From contig OZ242167.1 in assembly GCA_965205295.1 (NCBI GenBank), positions 2,898,097 through 2,962,096 on the forward strand: 64,000 bases of DNA, given 5' to 3'. The translations under genes were made by a program, and so were the position numbers. The notes under the pieces are model-generated. The model was given only the letters and a program-made list of their open reading frames with translations, was not told the DNA's origin and did not search any database. Shown piece by piece: positions 7,720-18,110 of this stretch. Every line of letters begins with the position of its first letter. Position 1 is the stretch's first letter. Source of the DNA: Candidatus Multivorans sp. (GTDB lineage Bacteria > Acidobacteriota > Thermoanaerobaculia > Multivoradales > Multivoraceae).

Positions 7720-10506
7720 ATGAAGCACAGCAGAGCCACGGATTCTCGCTCCCTTGCCCCCGTGGCGAGCAGCACACTGATCATCTGCCTGGGGGCGCTC
7801 TTCGCCTTCGCGGGAGCGGCCGCATGGGCCCAGTCGATCGAGCGCGGCTCGATCACCGGCACGCTCACGGACCCGAACGGCGACCGGATGCCGGGGGTCA
7901 ACGTCACTCTCACGTCGACGGAGTTGGGAGCGACGAAGGAGACGATGACGGACGGGAACGGGCGCTACCGTTTCGTCGCCCTGCTGCCGTCCACCTACAC
8001 CGTCGAAGCCGCGATCGAGGGCTTCTCGACCGCCCAGCAGGGCGAGATCGAGCTCACGGTCGGCAAGAGCCTGACCGTCGACCTGACGATGCAGTTGGGC
8101 AGCGTCGAGGACGTGATCATCGTCGAGGGCTCGCCCCTGATCGATGTCCGCAGTTCTCAGCTCCAGACGACGGAGCTCAACAACGAGATCCTGATGGAGG
8201 TGCCCACCTCCCGGAGCATCCGCGGCATCGTCAAGCTGGCGCCCGGAGCGCACTCACTGAACCCCGACTCGAACTCCCACTCCGCTTTCGGCTCGTCCGA
8301 CCAGGGGATCCAGTACTCCGTCGACGGCGTGATCATCAACAGCCCGGAGGCGGGTGAAAGCGAAGTGAACCTCGGCTTCCTTTCGGTTGAGGAAGTCACC
8401 ATTCTCGGCGCGGGCGCCCCGGCCGAGTACGGCGGCTTCAGCGGCGTCATCGTCAACGTGACCACGAAGCAGGGCTCGAACGACCTGATCGGCCTGGTGG
8501 ACCTGCAGCTCGCGGACAACGACTGGCAGTCGCAGAACACGAACGACCCCGACCTGCAGCGAAGCGGCAGCGATCGCTCAGACACGGACGTGCACTTCGA
8601 CGTCGGCGGGCCGGTCCAGGCGGACAAGGCGTGGTTCTTCACCTCGGCCAGGCTCCGCAGAGAGAAGTCGAAGGCGTCCGAGGGCCATCCCAACGATCCC
8701 TCCTACGAGTCGCCCCGCATTGTCGGCAAGATCAACTGGGCGCCCTCGCAGGAGAAGATCTTCAGCGGGATGGTCGAGTACAGCACCCACGACGCGCTCT
8801 ACCAAGGCGCCGACGAGGGTGACTTTGTCTCCCCGAACGCGACCTTCAGCAACCTCCAGACCCAGTGGACCTACAACTTCAACTACACGGACATGCTGTC
8901 GTCCAACACCCTGCTCGATCTCAAGTTCGGCGGCTACCACCAGCGCCAGGACGAGCTGCCGGACAACGGCGACACACCGGCCCACTACGACGGCTTCGAG
9001 GACCGGCTGTCCGAGAACTGGTTCGGCCCCTTCCGGGCGAACCGGGAGCGCTACCAGATCGTCGGCTCGCTGAGCCACTTCACCGACGACTTCCTCAGCG
9101 GCGAGCACGACTTCAAGTTCGGCGTCGAGATCGAGAACACCCTGGTCAACACGCTCAGCGGGTTCTCGGGCGGCAAGTACTACTACGACTTCGCCGGCGA
9201 GCCGTACTTCCTGTACGAGAGCACCGGCTACAACACCTTCGGCGACACCGACCGCATGGCCGGCTACGTGCAGGACTCCTGGGGGATCAACGACCGGGTG
9301 CGACTGAACCTCGGCGTGCGGTTCAACTACTGGCGCGGCAATCTGGAATCGGACGTGAACGGCGTCCGCTTCGACCAGGGCACCGTGTTCACGCCCGACC
9401 TCGCCATCGCGCCCCGCGTCGGCCTGAACATCAACCTCGGCGACAACAACGACTCCGTGCTCAAGGCGCACTGGGGCCGCTACTACCACCAGGTCATCGC
9501 CCTCTTCTACAGCCGGCTGGCCCCCGAGAGCGACTTCACGGGCTACCTCTGGAATCCCGACGACGAGATCTGGGAACTCGACTTCTCGGAAGCCCGGGGG
9601 CCGGGCCAGTGGACGATCGACGACGGCCTCAGCGTGCCCTACATGCACGCCCTGGATGTCGGCTGGGAGAAGGTCCTGACCCGCACCGTGTCCCTCGACG
9701 TCACCGCGACCTACCGGACGAACCACGACTTCCTCGACGGCGTGAACCTGACCGGTGAATTCGAACCCGCGCGGTACACGGATCCGGACAGCGGACGGAC
9801 CTTCAACGTCCTCAACCAGACCAACGAGGGAGACAACCGCTTCTACTTCACGAACGTCGGCTACTGCGAGGACTACGGGCAGGCCTACAAGCAGCTCACC
9901 TGCTTCCGGAAGACGCGCAAGTACGCCGGCATCACGGCAAGCCTGTCCCGGCGCTGGCGCAACAAGTGGCAGATGCAGGCTTCGTGGACCTACGGTTCGG
10001 CCAGGGGTAGCGACAGCAACCTGCTGCTCGAGTTCCAGGAGGGGAAGGGCTCGTCGCTTGGCGGCTCGAACTTCTACACCGACCCGAACGAGCAGATCAA
10101 CGCCCACGGGAACCTGCCGATCGACCCGACCCATCTGATCAAGGTCGTGGGCTCCGCCGAACTGCCGGGCGGGATCGTCGTCGGCGGCTTCTTCCGGTTC
10201 TTCTCCGGCAACACCTACAACCAGCTCATCAGGGTGGAGGACGTCGATCAGCGTTCCGAGATCTTCGGCGCCCCGGGGGGTTCCTTCCGTCACGACGAGG
10301 GCATGAGCCTCGATCTGAGGCTCGAGAAGGACATACAAATAGGGGAGAACCGCAAGATCGGGGTGGGAATCGACATCTTCAACGTCGGTAATCAGGACAC
10401 CGTGATCGAAGCCGAACAGTCGCTCAACAGCGACCGGCCCTTCGGTGCCCCGACACGTCTCGTGCGTGGGCGGGTCTGGCGGCTGGGGGCGCGGTTCCAC
10501 TTCTAA
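7720..10506 (+). CDS. TonB-dependent receptor with N-terminal carboxypeptidase-regulatory-like domain
   Basis: Signal peptide. CarboxypepD_reg-like segment GSITGTLTDPNGDRMPGVNVTLTS...GNGRYRFVALLPSTYTV, then a plug region and a long beta-barrel. C-terminal aromatic residue (F). Confidence 0.8.
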   Translation: MKHSRATDSRSLAPVASSTLIICLGALFAFAGAAAWAQSIERGSITGTLTDPNGDRMPGVNVTLTSTELGATKETMTDGNGRYRFVALLPSTYTVEAAIEGFSTAQQGEIELTVGKSLTVDLTMQLGSVEDVIIVEGSPLIDVRSSQLQTTELNNEILMEVPTSRSIRGIVKLAPGAHSLNPDSNSHSAFGSSDQGIQYSVDGVIINSPEAGESEVNLGFLSVEEVTILGAGAPAEYGGFSGVIVNVTTKQGSNDLIGLVDLQLADNDWQSQNTNDPDLQRSGSDRSDTDVHFDVGGPVQADKAWFFTSARLRREKSKASEGHPNDPSYESPRIVGKINWAPSQEKIFSGMVEYSTHDALYQGADEGDFVSPNATFSNLQTQWTYNFNYTDMLSSNTLLDLKFGGYHQRQDELPDNGDTPAHYDGFEDRLSENWFGPFRANRERYQIVGSLSHFTDDFLSGEHDFKFGVEIENTLVNTLSGFSGGKYYYDFAGEPYFLYESTGYNTFGDTDRMAGYVQDSWGINDRVRLNLGVRFNYWRGNLESDVNGVRFDQGTVFTPDLAIAPRVGLNINLGDNNDSVLKAHWGRYYHQVIALFYSRLAPESDFTGYLWNPDDEIWELDFSEARGPGQWTIDDGLSVPYMHALDVGWEKVLTRTVSLDVTATYRTNHDFLDGVNLTGEFEPARYTDPDSGRTFNVLNQTNEGDNRFYFTNVGYCEDYGQAYKQLTCFRKTRKYAGITASLSRRWRNKWQMQASWTYGSARGSDSNLLLEFQEGKGSSLGGSNFYTDPNEQINAHGNLPIDPTHLIKVVGSAELPGGIVVGGFFRFFSGNTYNQLIRVEDVDQRSEIFGAPGGSFRHDEGMSLDLRLEKDIQIGENRKIGVGIDIFNVGNQDTVIEAEQSLNSDRPFGAPTRLVRGRVWRLGARFHF

Positions 10507-10524
10507 CCGGCTACGCTCCCGTCC

Positions 10525-12891
10525 ATGCGCCGCGCCCTTCCGCGGTGGTTTGCGCCCATAGCCGTCGCGGCGGCTATCGTCGCGCTGGCCCTGCTCGCCA
10601 TCCGCCTCCTGCCGGACCGCGAGATCACAGCCCCCTCCGGCCACTCCCTCGGCCGGCTCCCGGACGGCGTCGCCGCGGGCGACCTGAGCCTGCTCCTCAT
10701 CACCCTCGACACGACCCGGGCCGACCGCATCGGCGCTTACGGCTTCGCCGACATCGAGACGCCGCACCTCGACCGCCTGGCCGCGGAAGGCGTCCTGTTC
10801 GAGCAGGCGCAGGCGGTGGCGCCGCTGACCCTGCCCGCTCACTCGTCGATCTTCACCGGCGAGTTTCCGCCGGCGCACGGCGTCCGCGACAACGGCGGCT
10901 TCTACCTTGCCGACGAGCACGTCGTCCTGGCCGAGATCCTGCGCGACGAGGGCTTCCGCACCGGCGGCTTCGTCGGCGCCTTCGTCCTCGACGCCAAGTG
11001 GGGCATCTCCCAGGGCTTCGACCACTATTTCGACGACTTCGAACTCAGCGACACGGTCCGCCTGGCACTGAACGAGATCGAGCGGCCGGCCGGCGAGGTC
11101 ACCGACGCCGCCCTCGCCTGGCTCGACGGAGCCCCTGACGCGCGCTTCTTCTCCTGGGTCCACTACTACGATCCGCACTCGCCCTACGAGCCGCCCGAGC
11201 CCTTCGCCGAGCGCTACCGGAACCGGCCCTACGTCGGCGAGATCGCCTACGTCGACTCCCAGATCGGCCGCCTGCTGGCCTGGCTCGACGACAACGATCG
11301 CGCCAGCGACACGGTCGTCCTCGTGATCGGCGATCACGGCGAGAGCCTCGGGGAGCACGGCGAGTCCGGCCACGGTTTCTTCGTCTACGAAGCAGCGACC
11401 CGGGTTCCCTTCATCCTCCGCGCGCCCTACGACACGATGCGGGGGCGCCGGGTAGCGGACGTGGTCCGCGCCGTGGACGTCTCGCCGACCGTCCTCGACC
11501 TTCTCGCCGTGGACGCGGGCCAGGACGAGCGCGACTCCTCCTTCCAGGGCGCCAGCCTGGTCCGGCTGCTGACCGGCGCTTCGGGGCCGCGCCTTCCGGC
11601 CTACGCCGAGGCGGTCTACCCGCGCTACCACTACGGCTGGAGCGATCTCGCCTCGCTGCGGCTGGAGAACATGAAGTACGTCGCGGCGCCCCGCCCCGAG
11701 CTGTACGACCTGGCCGCCGACCCGGGCGAGCTGAACAACCTCTACTCCGCCCGCCCCGACGAGGTCGATCGAATGGCCACGATCCTCCGCGCGCTCGAGT
11801 CGAGATGGGCGGACGCCGCCCTGCCCGCCCCGGTCGAGGAGATCGACCCGGACACCCGGGCGCGGCTCGCCGCCCTCGGGTATCTCGCCAGCTTCACCGG
11901 CGGCGAAGCGGCGCCGGTCGACCGCTCCACGCTCGGTGACCCCAAGGACAAGATCCACCTCTTCAACCTGATGCGCATTGCCCGCGAGGCGTCGCTGCAA
12001 GGCAACAGGGACGCGGCCGTGGAGGCCCTGGAACGCGTGCTCGCCGAGGATCCGGCGGTCATCGACGCCTGGGTGCGGCTAGGCGACGAGCAGATCCGGA
12101 CGGACCGGACCGAGGCTGCAATCGGGAGCTACCGCAAGGCCCTCGAACTGAAGCCCGACTACGCGCACGCGGTGATCAACCTCGCCAACGCCTACCGGCG
12201 GGCCGGCGCGGAAGAGGAGGCCATCCTCGGCTACCAGGAGTTCCTGCGGCTCGATCCCCGCAACGCGATGATCCACTACGAACTCGCCCGCATGCTGGTG
12301 GACCGCGGCGAGCTCGACGGCGCCGACCGGCACCTGAAGGAAGCGGCAACCCTGTCACCCGACATGGGAGCGGCCTGGGTGGGCCAGGGCGCCGTGGCCC
12401 TCCTGCGGTCCGACCTCGCGGCCGCCGTACGGCTGTTCGACGAGGCGCTGGCAATCCAGCCGGACGTGCGGCTGGCGCACTACAACCTCGCCCTGCTCGC
12501 CGAGCAGCGCGGCGACGGGCGCGCCGCGGTGGACTTCTACCGCAAGGAACTCGACTACCACCCGCAGAGCTACCGGGTCCAGTTCAACCTGGGACGGCTG
12601 CTCGGGTTGCTGGGCGACCGGTACGGAGAAGGCGAAGCGTTGTCGAAGTCGATCGAGATCAATCCTGACTTCGCCGTCGGCCACTTCTTCCTGGCCAAGT
12701 CCCTGATCGACCGCAACGAGCAACTGGACCGGGCGATGGAGCTGGCCCGCACCGGCCTCGAACTCGACCCCGGCGCCGACATGGCCCCGATGGGCCACTA
12801 CCTGCTCGCCGACATCTTCACCCGCCTCGGCCAGCCGGAAGCGGCCCAGCGGGAACTCGCCACGGCGCGAGCGTTGGAACGAGAGCGTTGA
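10525..12891 (+). CDS. sulfatase-like hydrolase/transferase fused to C-terminal TPR repeats
   Basis: N-terminal alkaline-phosphatase-superfamily region (LLLITLDTTRADRIGAYGF, VIGDHGESLGEHGESGHG) without a C/S-x-P-x-R FGly motif. C-terminal ~350 aa of TPR units. Confidence 0.75.
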   Translation: MRRALPRWFAPIAVAAAIVALALLAIRLLPDREITAPSGHSLGRLPDGVAAGDLSLLLITLDTTRADRIGAYGFADIETPHLDRLAAEGVLFEQAQAVAPLTLPAHSSIFTGEFPPAHGVRDNGGFYLADEHVVLAEILRDEGFRTGGFVGAFVLDAKWGISQGFDHYFDDFELSDTVRLALNEIERPAGEVTDAALAWLDGAPDARFFSWVHYYDPHSPYEPPEPFAERYRNRPYVGEIAYVDSQIGRLLAWLDDNDRASDTVVLVIGDHGESLGEHGESGHGFFVYEAATRVPFILRAPYDTMRGRRVADVVRAVDVSPTVLDLLAVDAGQDERDSSFQGASLVRLLTGASGPRLPAYAEAVYPRYHYGWSDLASLRLENMKYVAAPRPELYDLAADPGELNNLYSARPDEVDRMATILRALESRWADAALPAPVEEIDPDTRARLAALGYLASFTGGEAAPVDRSTLGDPKDKIHLFNLMRIAREASLQGNRDAAVEALERVLAEDPAVIDAWVRLGDEQIRTDRTEAAIGSYRKALELKPDYAHAVINLANAYRRAGAEEEAILGYQEFLRLDPRNAMIHYELARMLVDRGELDGADRHLKEAATLSPDMGAAWVGQGAVALLRSDLAAAVRLFDEALAIQPDVRLAHYNLALLAEQRGDGRAAVDFYRKELDYHPQSYRVQFNLGRLLGLLGDRYGEGEALSKSIEINPDFAVGHFFLAKSLIDRNEQLDRAMELARTGLELDPGADMAPMGHYLLADIFTRLGQPEAAQRELATARALERER

Positions 12892-12902
12892 GTGTCCACC
12901 GG

Positions 12903-14654
12903 ATGAGCCGGCATCCGGCGCTCGCACTCGCCATCCTCCTCGCTGCCTGCGGCCAACCTGACCACCCCACCTCCGCCCCGCACCCACCCATCTTCATCGA
13001 CGCCGCCCGTGGCGCGAACCTCGACTTCGTCTACTTCAACGGCATGTCCGGCGAGCACTACTTCAACGAGATGATGGGCGGCGGCGCGGCCCTGCTCGAC
13101 TTCGACAACGACGGCGACCTCGACCTCTACCTCGTCCAGGGCACGATGCTCGGCCGCGATCGTTCGCTCGAAGACGCGCTCTTCCCGCCGCCGAAGGACA
13201 CGCCGCTCACCGACCGCCTCTACCGCAACGACCTGGAGCCGCCGGCCGGGGCCAACGCCGCGAGTCGTCCCCGCTTCACCGACGTCACCACAGCAAGCCG
13301 CATCGCCGCCAATGGCTACGGCATGGGCGTCACCACCGGCGACTTCGACAACGACGGCTGGACAGACCTCTACGTCACCAACTTCGGCGCCAACCAGTTG
13401 CTGCGGAACCGGGGCGACGGCACGTTCGAAGACACAACATCGGCCTCCGGAGTCGACGACCCGCGCTGGTCCGTCGGCGCCACCTTCTTCGACTTCGACC
13501 GCGACGGCTGGCTCGACCTCTACGTCGGCAACTACGTCGACTACTCGCTCGCTACCCACACCCCGTGCCCGCTGGCGAGCGGCGCGCTGACCTACTGCGC
13601 CCCCGGCGCCTACCGGCCCGTGCCGGACAGCCTGTTCCGCAACCGCGGCGACGGCACGTTCGAGGACGTGTCGTTGCCGTCCGGGATCGGCCGCGAACCG
13701 GGCGCCGGCCTGGGCGCCGTCGCCGCCGACTTCAACGGCGACCGCTGGCTCGACCTGTACGTCGCGAACGACCTGATGTCGAACCGCCTCTGGATCAACC
13801 GCGGCGACGGAACCTTCGCCGACAACGCCCTGCTCGCCGGCGTCGCCGTCAACCGGGAGGGCCAACCCGAGGCCGGCATGGGCGTCGACGCCGGAGACTT
13901 CGACGGCGACGGCGATCCCGACCTCGTGCTAGGACACCTGGAACAGGAGACGAACACCCTCTACGTCAACGGCGGCGCCGGCCTGTTCCGGGACCAATCG
14001 GCGTCGTCCCAACTTGGGCCGCCGAGCCTGCCGTTCACTGCCTTCGGCATCGGCTGGATCGACTACGACAACGACAGTTGGCTCGACGTGCTCGCCGTCA
14101 ACGGCGCCGTGATCGGCATCGACGCGCTGATCCGCGCCGGCGATCCGTACCCGCTGCGGCAAGCGAACCAGCTTCTGCGCAACCTCGGCAACGGCTCCTT
14201 CGACGAGGTCACGCCCGAGGCTGGCGCCCTCTTCCAGTCGGCCGAAGTCAGCCGCGCCGCCGCGTTCGGCGATGTCGACAACGACGGCGACCTCGATGTC
14301 GTCGTCGTCAACAGCAACGGGCCCGCCCGCCTGCTTCTCAACCAAGTCGGGCAGGACCGCTCCTGGCTGGGCTTGAGGCTCGTAGCCCACAACCGCGACG
14401 CGCTGGGGGCGCAGGTCCTCGTCCACCGGCAGGGCGCGCCGCCGATCTGGCGCCACGTCCACACCGACGGCAGCTACGCGTCAGCCCGCGATCCGCGGGT
14501 GCTCGTCGGCCTCGGGCACGGCGACGGCGCTGAGGTCGGTCACGTCGAAGTCCGCTGGCCGGACGGTACGGCGGAGCGGTGGACGGATGTGCGCGTCGGC
14601 GGGTACCAGACGCTGGTCCAGGGCGAGGGGGAGGCGATCGGCCGGCGTCCCTGA
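12903..14654 (+). CDS. CRTAC1-family protein (FG-GAP/VCBS repeats + ASPIC/UnbV C-terminal domain), lipoprotein
   Basis: The ORF track start at 12888 is TTG; ATG at 12903 gives MSRHPALALAILLAACG. Repeated GDFDNDGW/ADFNGDRW/GDFDGDGDPD motifs and a C-terminal VEVRWPDGTAERW block. Confidence 0.8.
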   Translation: MSRHPALALAILLAACGQPDHPTSAPHPPIFIDAARGANLDFVYFNGMSGEHYFNEMMGGGAALLDFDNDGDLDLYLVQGTMLGRDRSLEDALFPPPKDTPLTDRLYRNDLEPPAGANAASRPRFTDVTTASRIAANGYGMGVTTGDFDNDGWTDLYVTNFGANQLLRNRGDGTFEDTTSASGVDDPRWSVGATFFDFDRDGWLDLYVGNYVDYSLATHTPCPLASGALTYCAPGAYRPVPDSLFRNRGDGTFEDVSLPSGIGREPGAGLGAVAADFNGDRWLDLYVANDLMSNRLWINRGDGTFADNALLAGVAVNREGQPEAGMGVDAGDFDGDGDPDLVLGHLEQETNTLYVNGGAGLFRDQSASSQLGPPSLPFTAFGIGWIDYDNDSWLDVLAVNGAVIGIDALIRAGDPYPLRQANQLLRNLGNGSFDEVTPEAGALFQSAEVSRAAAFGDVDNDGDLDVVVVNSNGPARLLLNQVGQDRSWLGLRLVAHNRDALGAQVLVHRQGAPPIWRHVHTDGSYASARDPRVLVGLGHGDGAEVGHVEVRWPDGTAERWTDVRVGGYQTLVQGEGEAIGRRP

Positions 14655-14712
14655 CCCTGTGGCACGATCAACCGCCATTGCCGCCAACACTGGCCTCCGA
14701 GAGAATGCGCCC

Positions 14713-14994
14713 ATGAAGTCCATCACTGTTCGCGAACTGCAAAGCCCCTCCGCCGACGTTTGGGGAATGCTCGCAAAGGAGAAAGACCTCGTCGTCCGGT
14801 CCAACGGCGAGCCGGTCGCGGTACTTTCCGCGGTCACTGCCTCGACGCTGGACGCGGCCCGTGCAGCACTTCGGCAAGCTCGGGCTCAAGCGGCGGTCGC
14901 CGGAATGCAGCGCCGCGCTGCTGAGGTCGGCCTTGACGAGTGGAGCCCGGAGGACATCAACGCCGAGATCAATGCCTCCCGTCGAGAAAAATGA
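14713..14994 (+). CDS. Phd/YefM-like type II antitoxin (putative)
   Basis: 94 aa. MKSITVRELQ...DLVVRSNGEPVAVLSAV matches the Phd/YefM beta-alpha N-terminal pattern. Lies immediately upstream of a PIN-domain gene in an A/T-richer islet. Confidence 0.55.
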   Translation: MKSITVRELQSPSADVWGMLAKEKDLVVRSNGEPVAVLSAVTASTLDAARAALRQARAQAAVAGMQRRAAEVGLDEWSPEDINAEINASRREK

Positions 14995-15096
14995 GGATCG
15001 TCGTCGCTAGCCTTGTCGCTCACTGTGCAGTCGCGACAGTCAGATCAACCGAATCGTCCCCCGGCGAGCAGGGACCACACTACCGATCGAGATACG

Positions 15097-16119
15097 ATGT
15101 ACATCCTTTTCGATAGCAACATCTGGATCAAGGAACTTGGTCTGAACTCCACTCTCGGCGCAGCTGCCAGGTACTTCATTCGGCAAAGGAACGCAGTCGT
15201 CGCTGTTCCGGAAGTAGTGAGAAGAGAGGTGACCACCCACTTCGCCGATGACCTACTTCGGCGCAAACAGACGATCCACGATTCGCATCGCCGCCTATGC
15301 ACTGTGATGGGAGAACTCAAAGAACCGATGCTGCCGAGCGACGAAGAACTCATTGCCCGTGCGGCTTCGCTCATTGACGACGTGGACGTACCTACGAAGC
15401 CGATCCCATTCACGCTCCCAGCTGCTGAGTCGTCGCTCGAGAAAATCCTTCGGAAACAACCACCGTCCGCCGAGAAACGAGAGCAGTTCAGGGACGGTGT
15501 CATCTGGCACAATTGCCTAGATCTCCTCCATGAATCGGACGTGTTTCTAGTTACCAGCGACAAGGACTTCTGTGAGGGTAGAGCACGAAGGAAGGGCCAG
15601 GTGCTCGCCGCGAACTTGCGCCAAGAAGCGGAAGAGAGCCACCACCGGCTCACGTTCGTGACGAGCCTTTCGGCTCTCCTCGTAGACATCGGGGGCGATC
15701 TCGACATCGACGACGAGAGCCTAGCCGACGGCATATTCGCCAAGGCTGAACAGTACATCGCGAACTTGCTTGACAGGCATGGCTTTGTCATTGGCGATGC
15801 CGCGCCATCCGTCCGGCGCAAGCTGTTCGTTACAGAGAAGGCCTCGAAGCTAGCTGTCGACGTAGAAGTGGTGTTTCCATGCTTCGACGCTAGCGGTGAC
15901 GATCGAACGGACGCGGCGATCAAGGCTCATGGCTCGGCTCTGTACGATACCGAGTCTCGAGAAGTGACCGTGCCTCACATGCCGGAGCTGGAACTGCGCT
16001 ATCGGGATGTGGCCGACGAAGAGAAGTCTCACCGGTCGCTCTTCCTATCGGGGACGGTCTCGATAGGTCCGCGTACCGTTGTACACGAGGTCAGGCTAAG
16101 CCGAAGTTCTAGGGCCTGA
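15097..16119 (+). CDS. PIN-like domain protein with ~170-aa C-terminal extension (putative toxin/nuclease)
   Basis: N-terminus MYILFDSNIWIKE (first PIN acidic residue) and VFLVTSDKDF (distal T-x-D-x-D-F PIN motif) near residue 150. The remaining ~170 aa have no recognisable domain. Start trimmed to the ATG at 15097. Confidence 0.55.
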   Translation: MYILFDSNIWIKELGLNSTLGAAARYFIRQRNAVVAVPEVVRREVTTHFADDLLRRKQTIHDSHRRLCTVMGELKEPMLPSDEELIARAASLIDDVDVPTKPIPFTLPAAESSLEKILRKQPPSAEKREQFRDGVIWHNCLDLLHESDVFLVTSDKDFCEGRARRKGQVLAANLRQEAEESHHRLTFVTSLSALLVDIGGDLDIDDESLADGIFAKAEQYIANLLDRHGFVIGDAAPSVRRKLFVTEKASKLAVDVEVVFPCFDASGDDRTDAAIKAHGSALYDTESREVTVPHMPELELRYRDVADEEKSHRSLFLSGTVSIGPRTVVHEVRLSRSSRA

Positions 16120-16235
16120 GCGTCGCGGATCGTTGCCGCGCCTAGGGTTTTACGGTTTCCGGGCCGCACAATGTACCCATGTCGCATAGTCAATCGTGGT
16201 AGACATGGAGACATGATAGAGCTAAGATAGAAGCC

Positions 16236-17954
16236 ATGTACATCGAACGCGTACCCAACCGCAACTCGCCACCCGCCGTGCTCCTGCGCGAGTCGTACCG
16301 ACAGGACGGAAGAGTCTGCAAACGGACGCTCGCCAACCTTTCCAAGTGGCCCGATCATCTCGTCGAAGGGCTTCGCACTCTCCTGAAGGGCGGCGTCGCA
16401 CTGCCTTCCCTGGACTCGGCCTTCGAGATCCTGCGTTCCAAACCGCACGGTCATGTCGCCGCCACGCTCGGCGCCGCGCGACAATGCGGCCTCCAGACAC
16501 TGCTCGACCGCCGACCCTCACGGGAGCGGACGCTCGCGGTCGCCATGATCATCGCGCGCATCCTGGAACCAGGCTCCAAGCTCGCCACCGCCCGCGGACT
16601 CTCAAGCGAGACCTCGCCCCACTCCCTCGGCGAGGAACTCGGAATCGAGGAGGCGGGCGCCGACGAGCTCTACTCCGCCATGGATTGGCTGCTCAAGCGG
16701 CAGCAACGCATCGAGCGACGGTTGGCCAAACAGCACCTCGAAGACGGTTCCCTCGTCTTGTGCGACGTGACTTCGGTCTACTTCGAGGGCGCGAAGTGCG
16801 CCCTCGCCCGGCGCGGGTACTCCAAGGACGGCAAGCCGGGCAAGCCCCAGATCGTCTTCGCGCTGCTCTGCGACCGGGACGGATGCCCGGTCGCGGTGGA
16901 GGTCTTCGAAGGCAACACCGCCGATCCCGGCACGTTGAGCGCCCAGGTGCAGAAGCTCAAGGAGCGCTTCTCGCTCGACCGCATGATCATGGTCGGCGAT
17001 CGGGGCCTGCTCACCAGCGCCCGCATCCGCGAGGACCTCGAACCCGGCGGTCTGTCCTGGATCACCGCCCTGCGCGCGCCGGCGATCCGCACGCTGGTGC
17101 AGCAAGGCCACCTGCAACTGTCGATCTTCGACGAACGGGACATGGCCGAAGTGAGCGCCCCCGAGCTGTACCCCGCAGAGCGGCTGATCGTGTGCCGGAA
17201 CCCGCTCCTGGCAGCCAGGCGGCGCCGCAAGCGCGAGGAGCTTCTCGACGCCACCGAGCGCAAGCTCGAGGCCGTCGCCGAAGCGACGAGGCGCTCACAG
17301 CGCTCCCTGCGGGGCAAGGACAAGATCGCCGCCCGCGCCGACCGCGCCCTGCGCGCCCACAAGGTCGGCAAGCACTTCGACACCGAGATCGAAGAAGACG
17401 GCTTCCGCTACTCCCGCAAGCTGGCGCAGATCGCCGAAGAGGCCGCCCTCGACGGCTTCTACGTCATCCGCACCAACGTGGCCGAGGCCGACCTCCCGGC
17501 GCCGGAGGCGGTCCGGGCCTACAAGAGCCTCAGCCGCGTCGAGCGCGCCTTCCGCAGCTACAAGAGCGTCGACCTCAAGGTCCGCCCCGTCCACCATCGC
17601 CTCGCCGACAGAGTGCGAGCCCACGTCTTCCTGTGCATGCTCGCCTACTACGTCGAGTGGCACATGCGACGCCTTCTCGCTCCCTTGCTCTTCGACGACG
17701 ACGACCCAAGGGACGAACGCTCCTCGCCCGTCCAGCCGGCTCGACGGTCCCAGGCAGCCCGCGCCAAGGCGAGCCGCAGGCGCACACCGGAAGGACTACC
17801 CGTCCACAGCTTCCAGACATTGCTCGACGACCTCTCCACACTGACCCGAAATCGCGTCCGAATGCAGGGCCAGGGAAACGCCGCCCTGGACGTCCTGGCC
17901 ACACCCACACCCCTCCAGGCCAAGGCGTTCAGCCTCCTCAACCTCCGACCTTGA
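16236..17954 (+). mobile_element. IS1634-family (IS4-like) transposase gene; element ends not resolved
   Basis: N-terminus MYIERVPNRNSPPAVLLRESYRQDGRVCKRTLANLSKWPD is typical of IS1634-family transposases. DDE-type C-terminal region. Terminal inverted repeats could not be identified by eye. Confidence 0.75.
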
Positions 17955-18110
17955 CCAACCGTACCCAGTAGACAACACTCCCAAATCCCAAGTTTGCCCC
18001 GTCATTGCAGGGAATTTCACGCATCGGACCGCAGAACTTCGGTCTAAGCGAAGGAGAGTGGCTGGGGCGGTACGAACGCGCCGATGCGTGAATAGGCCGC
18101 TCCGATCGGT

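Noticed and set aside
8578-12000. 1140-aa minus-strand ORF. Similar long antisense ORFs occur elsewhere, for example 454..1167 (-), 18284..20071 (+), 19216..20031 (-), 48581..51040 (+) and 41510..43912 (+).
   Set aside because: These are Arg/Pro/Gly/Ala-rich low-complexity translations, typical of antisense frames in high-GC DNA. Each is fully overlapped by an opposite- or same-strand gene with clear family motifs.
12079-12987. Minus-strand ORFs overlapping the TPR region of the sulfatase-TPR gene.
   Set aside because: Antisense artifacts within a well-supported TPR coding region.
16120-18110. Terminal inverted repeats or a target-site duplication for the IS1634-family transposase.
   Set aside because: I compared ~115 bp upstream of the ATG with the reverse complement of ~150 bp downstream of the stop and found no convincing ≥12-bp match. 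The element boundaries are left unresolved rather than guessed.
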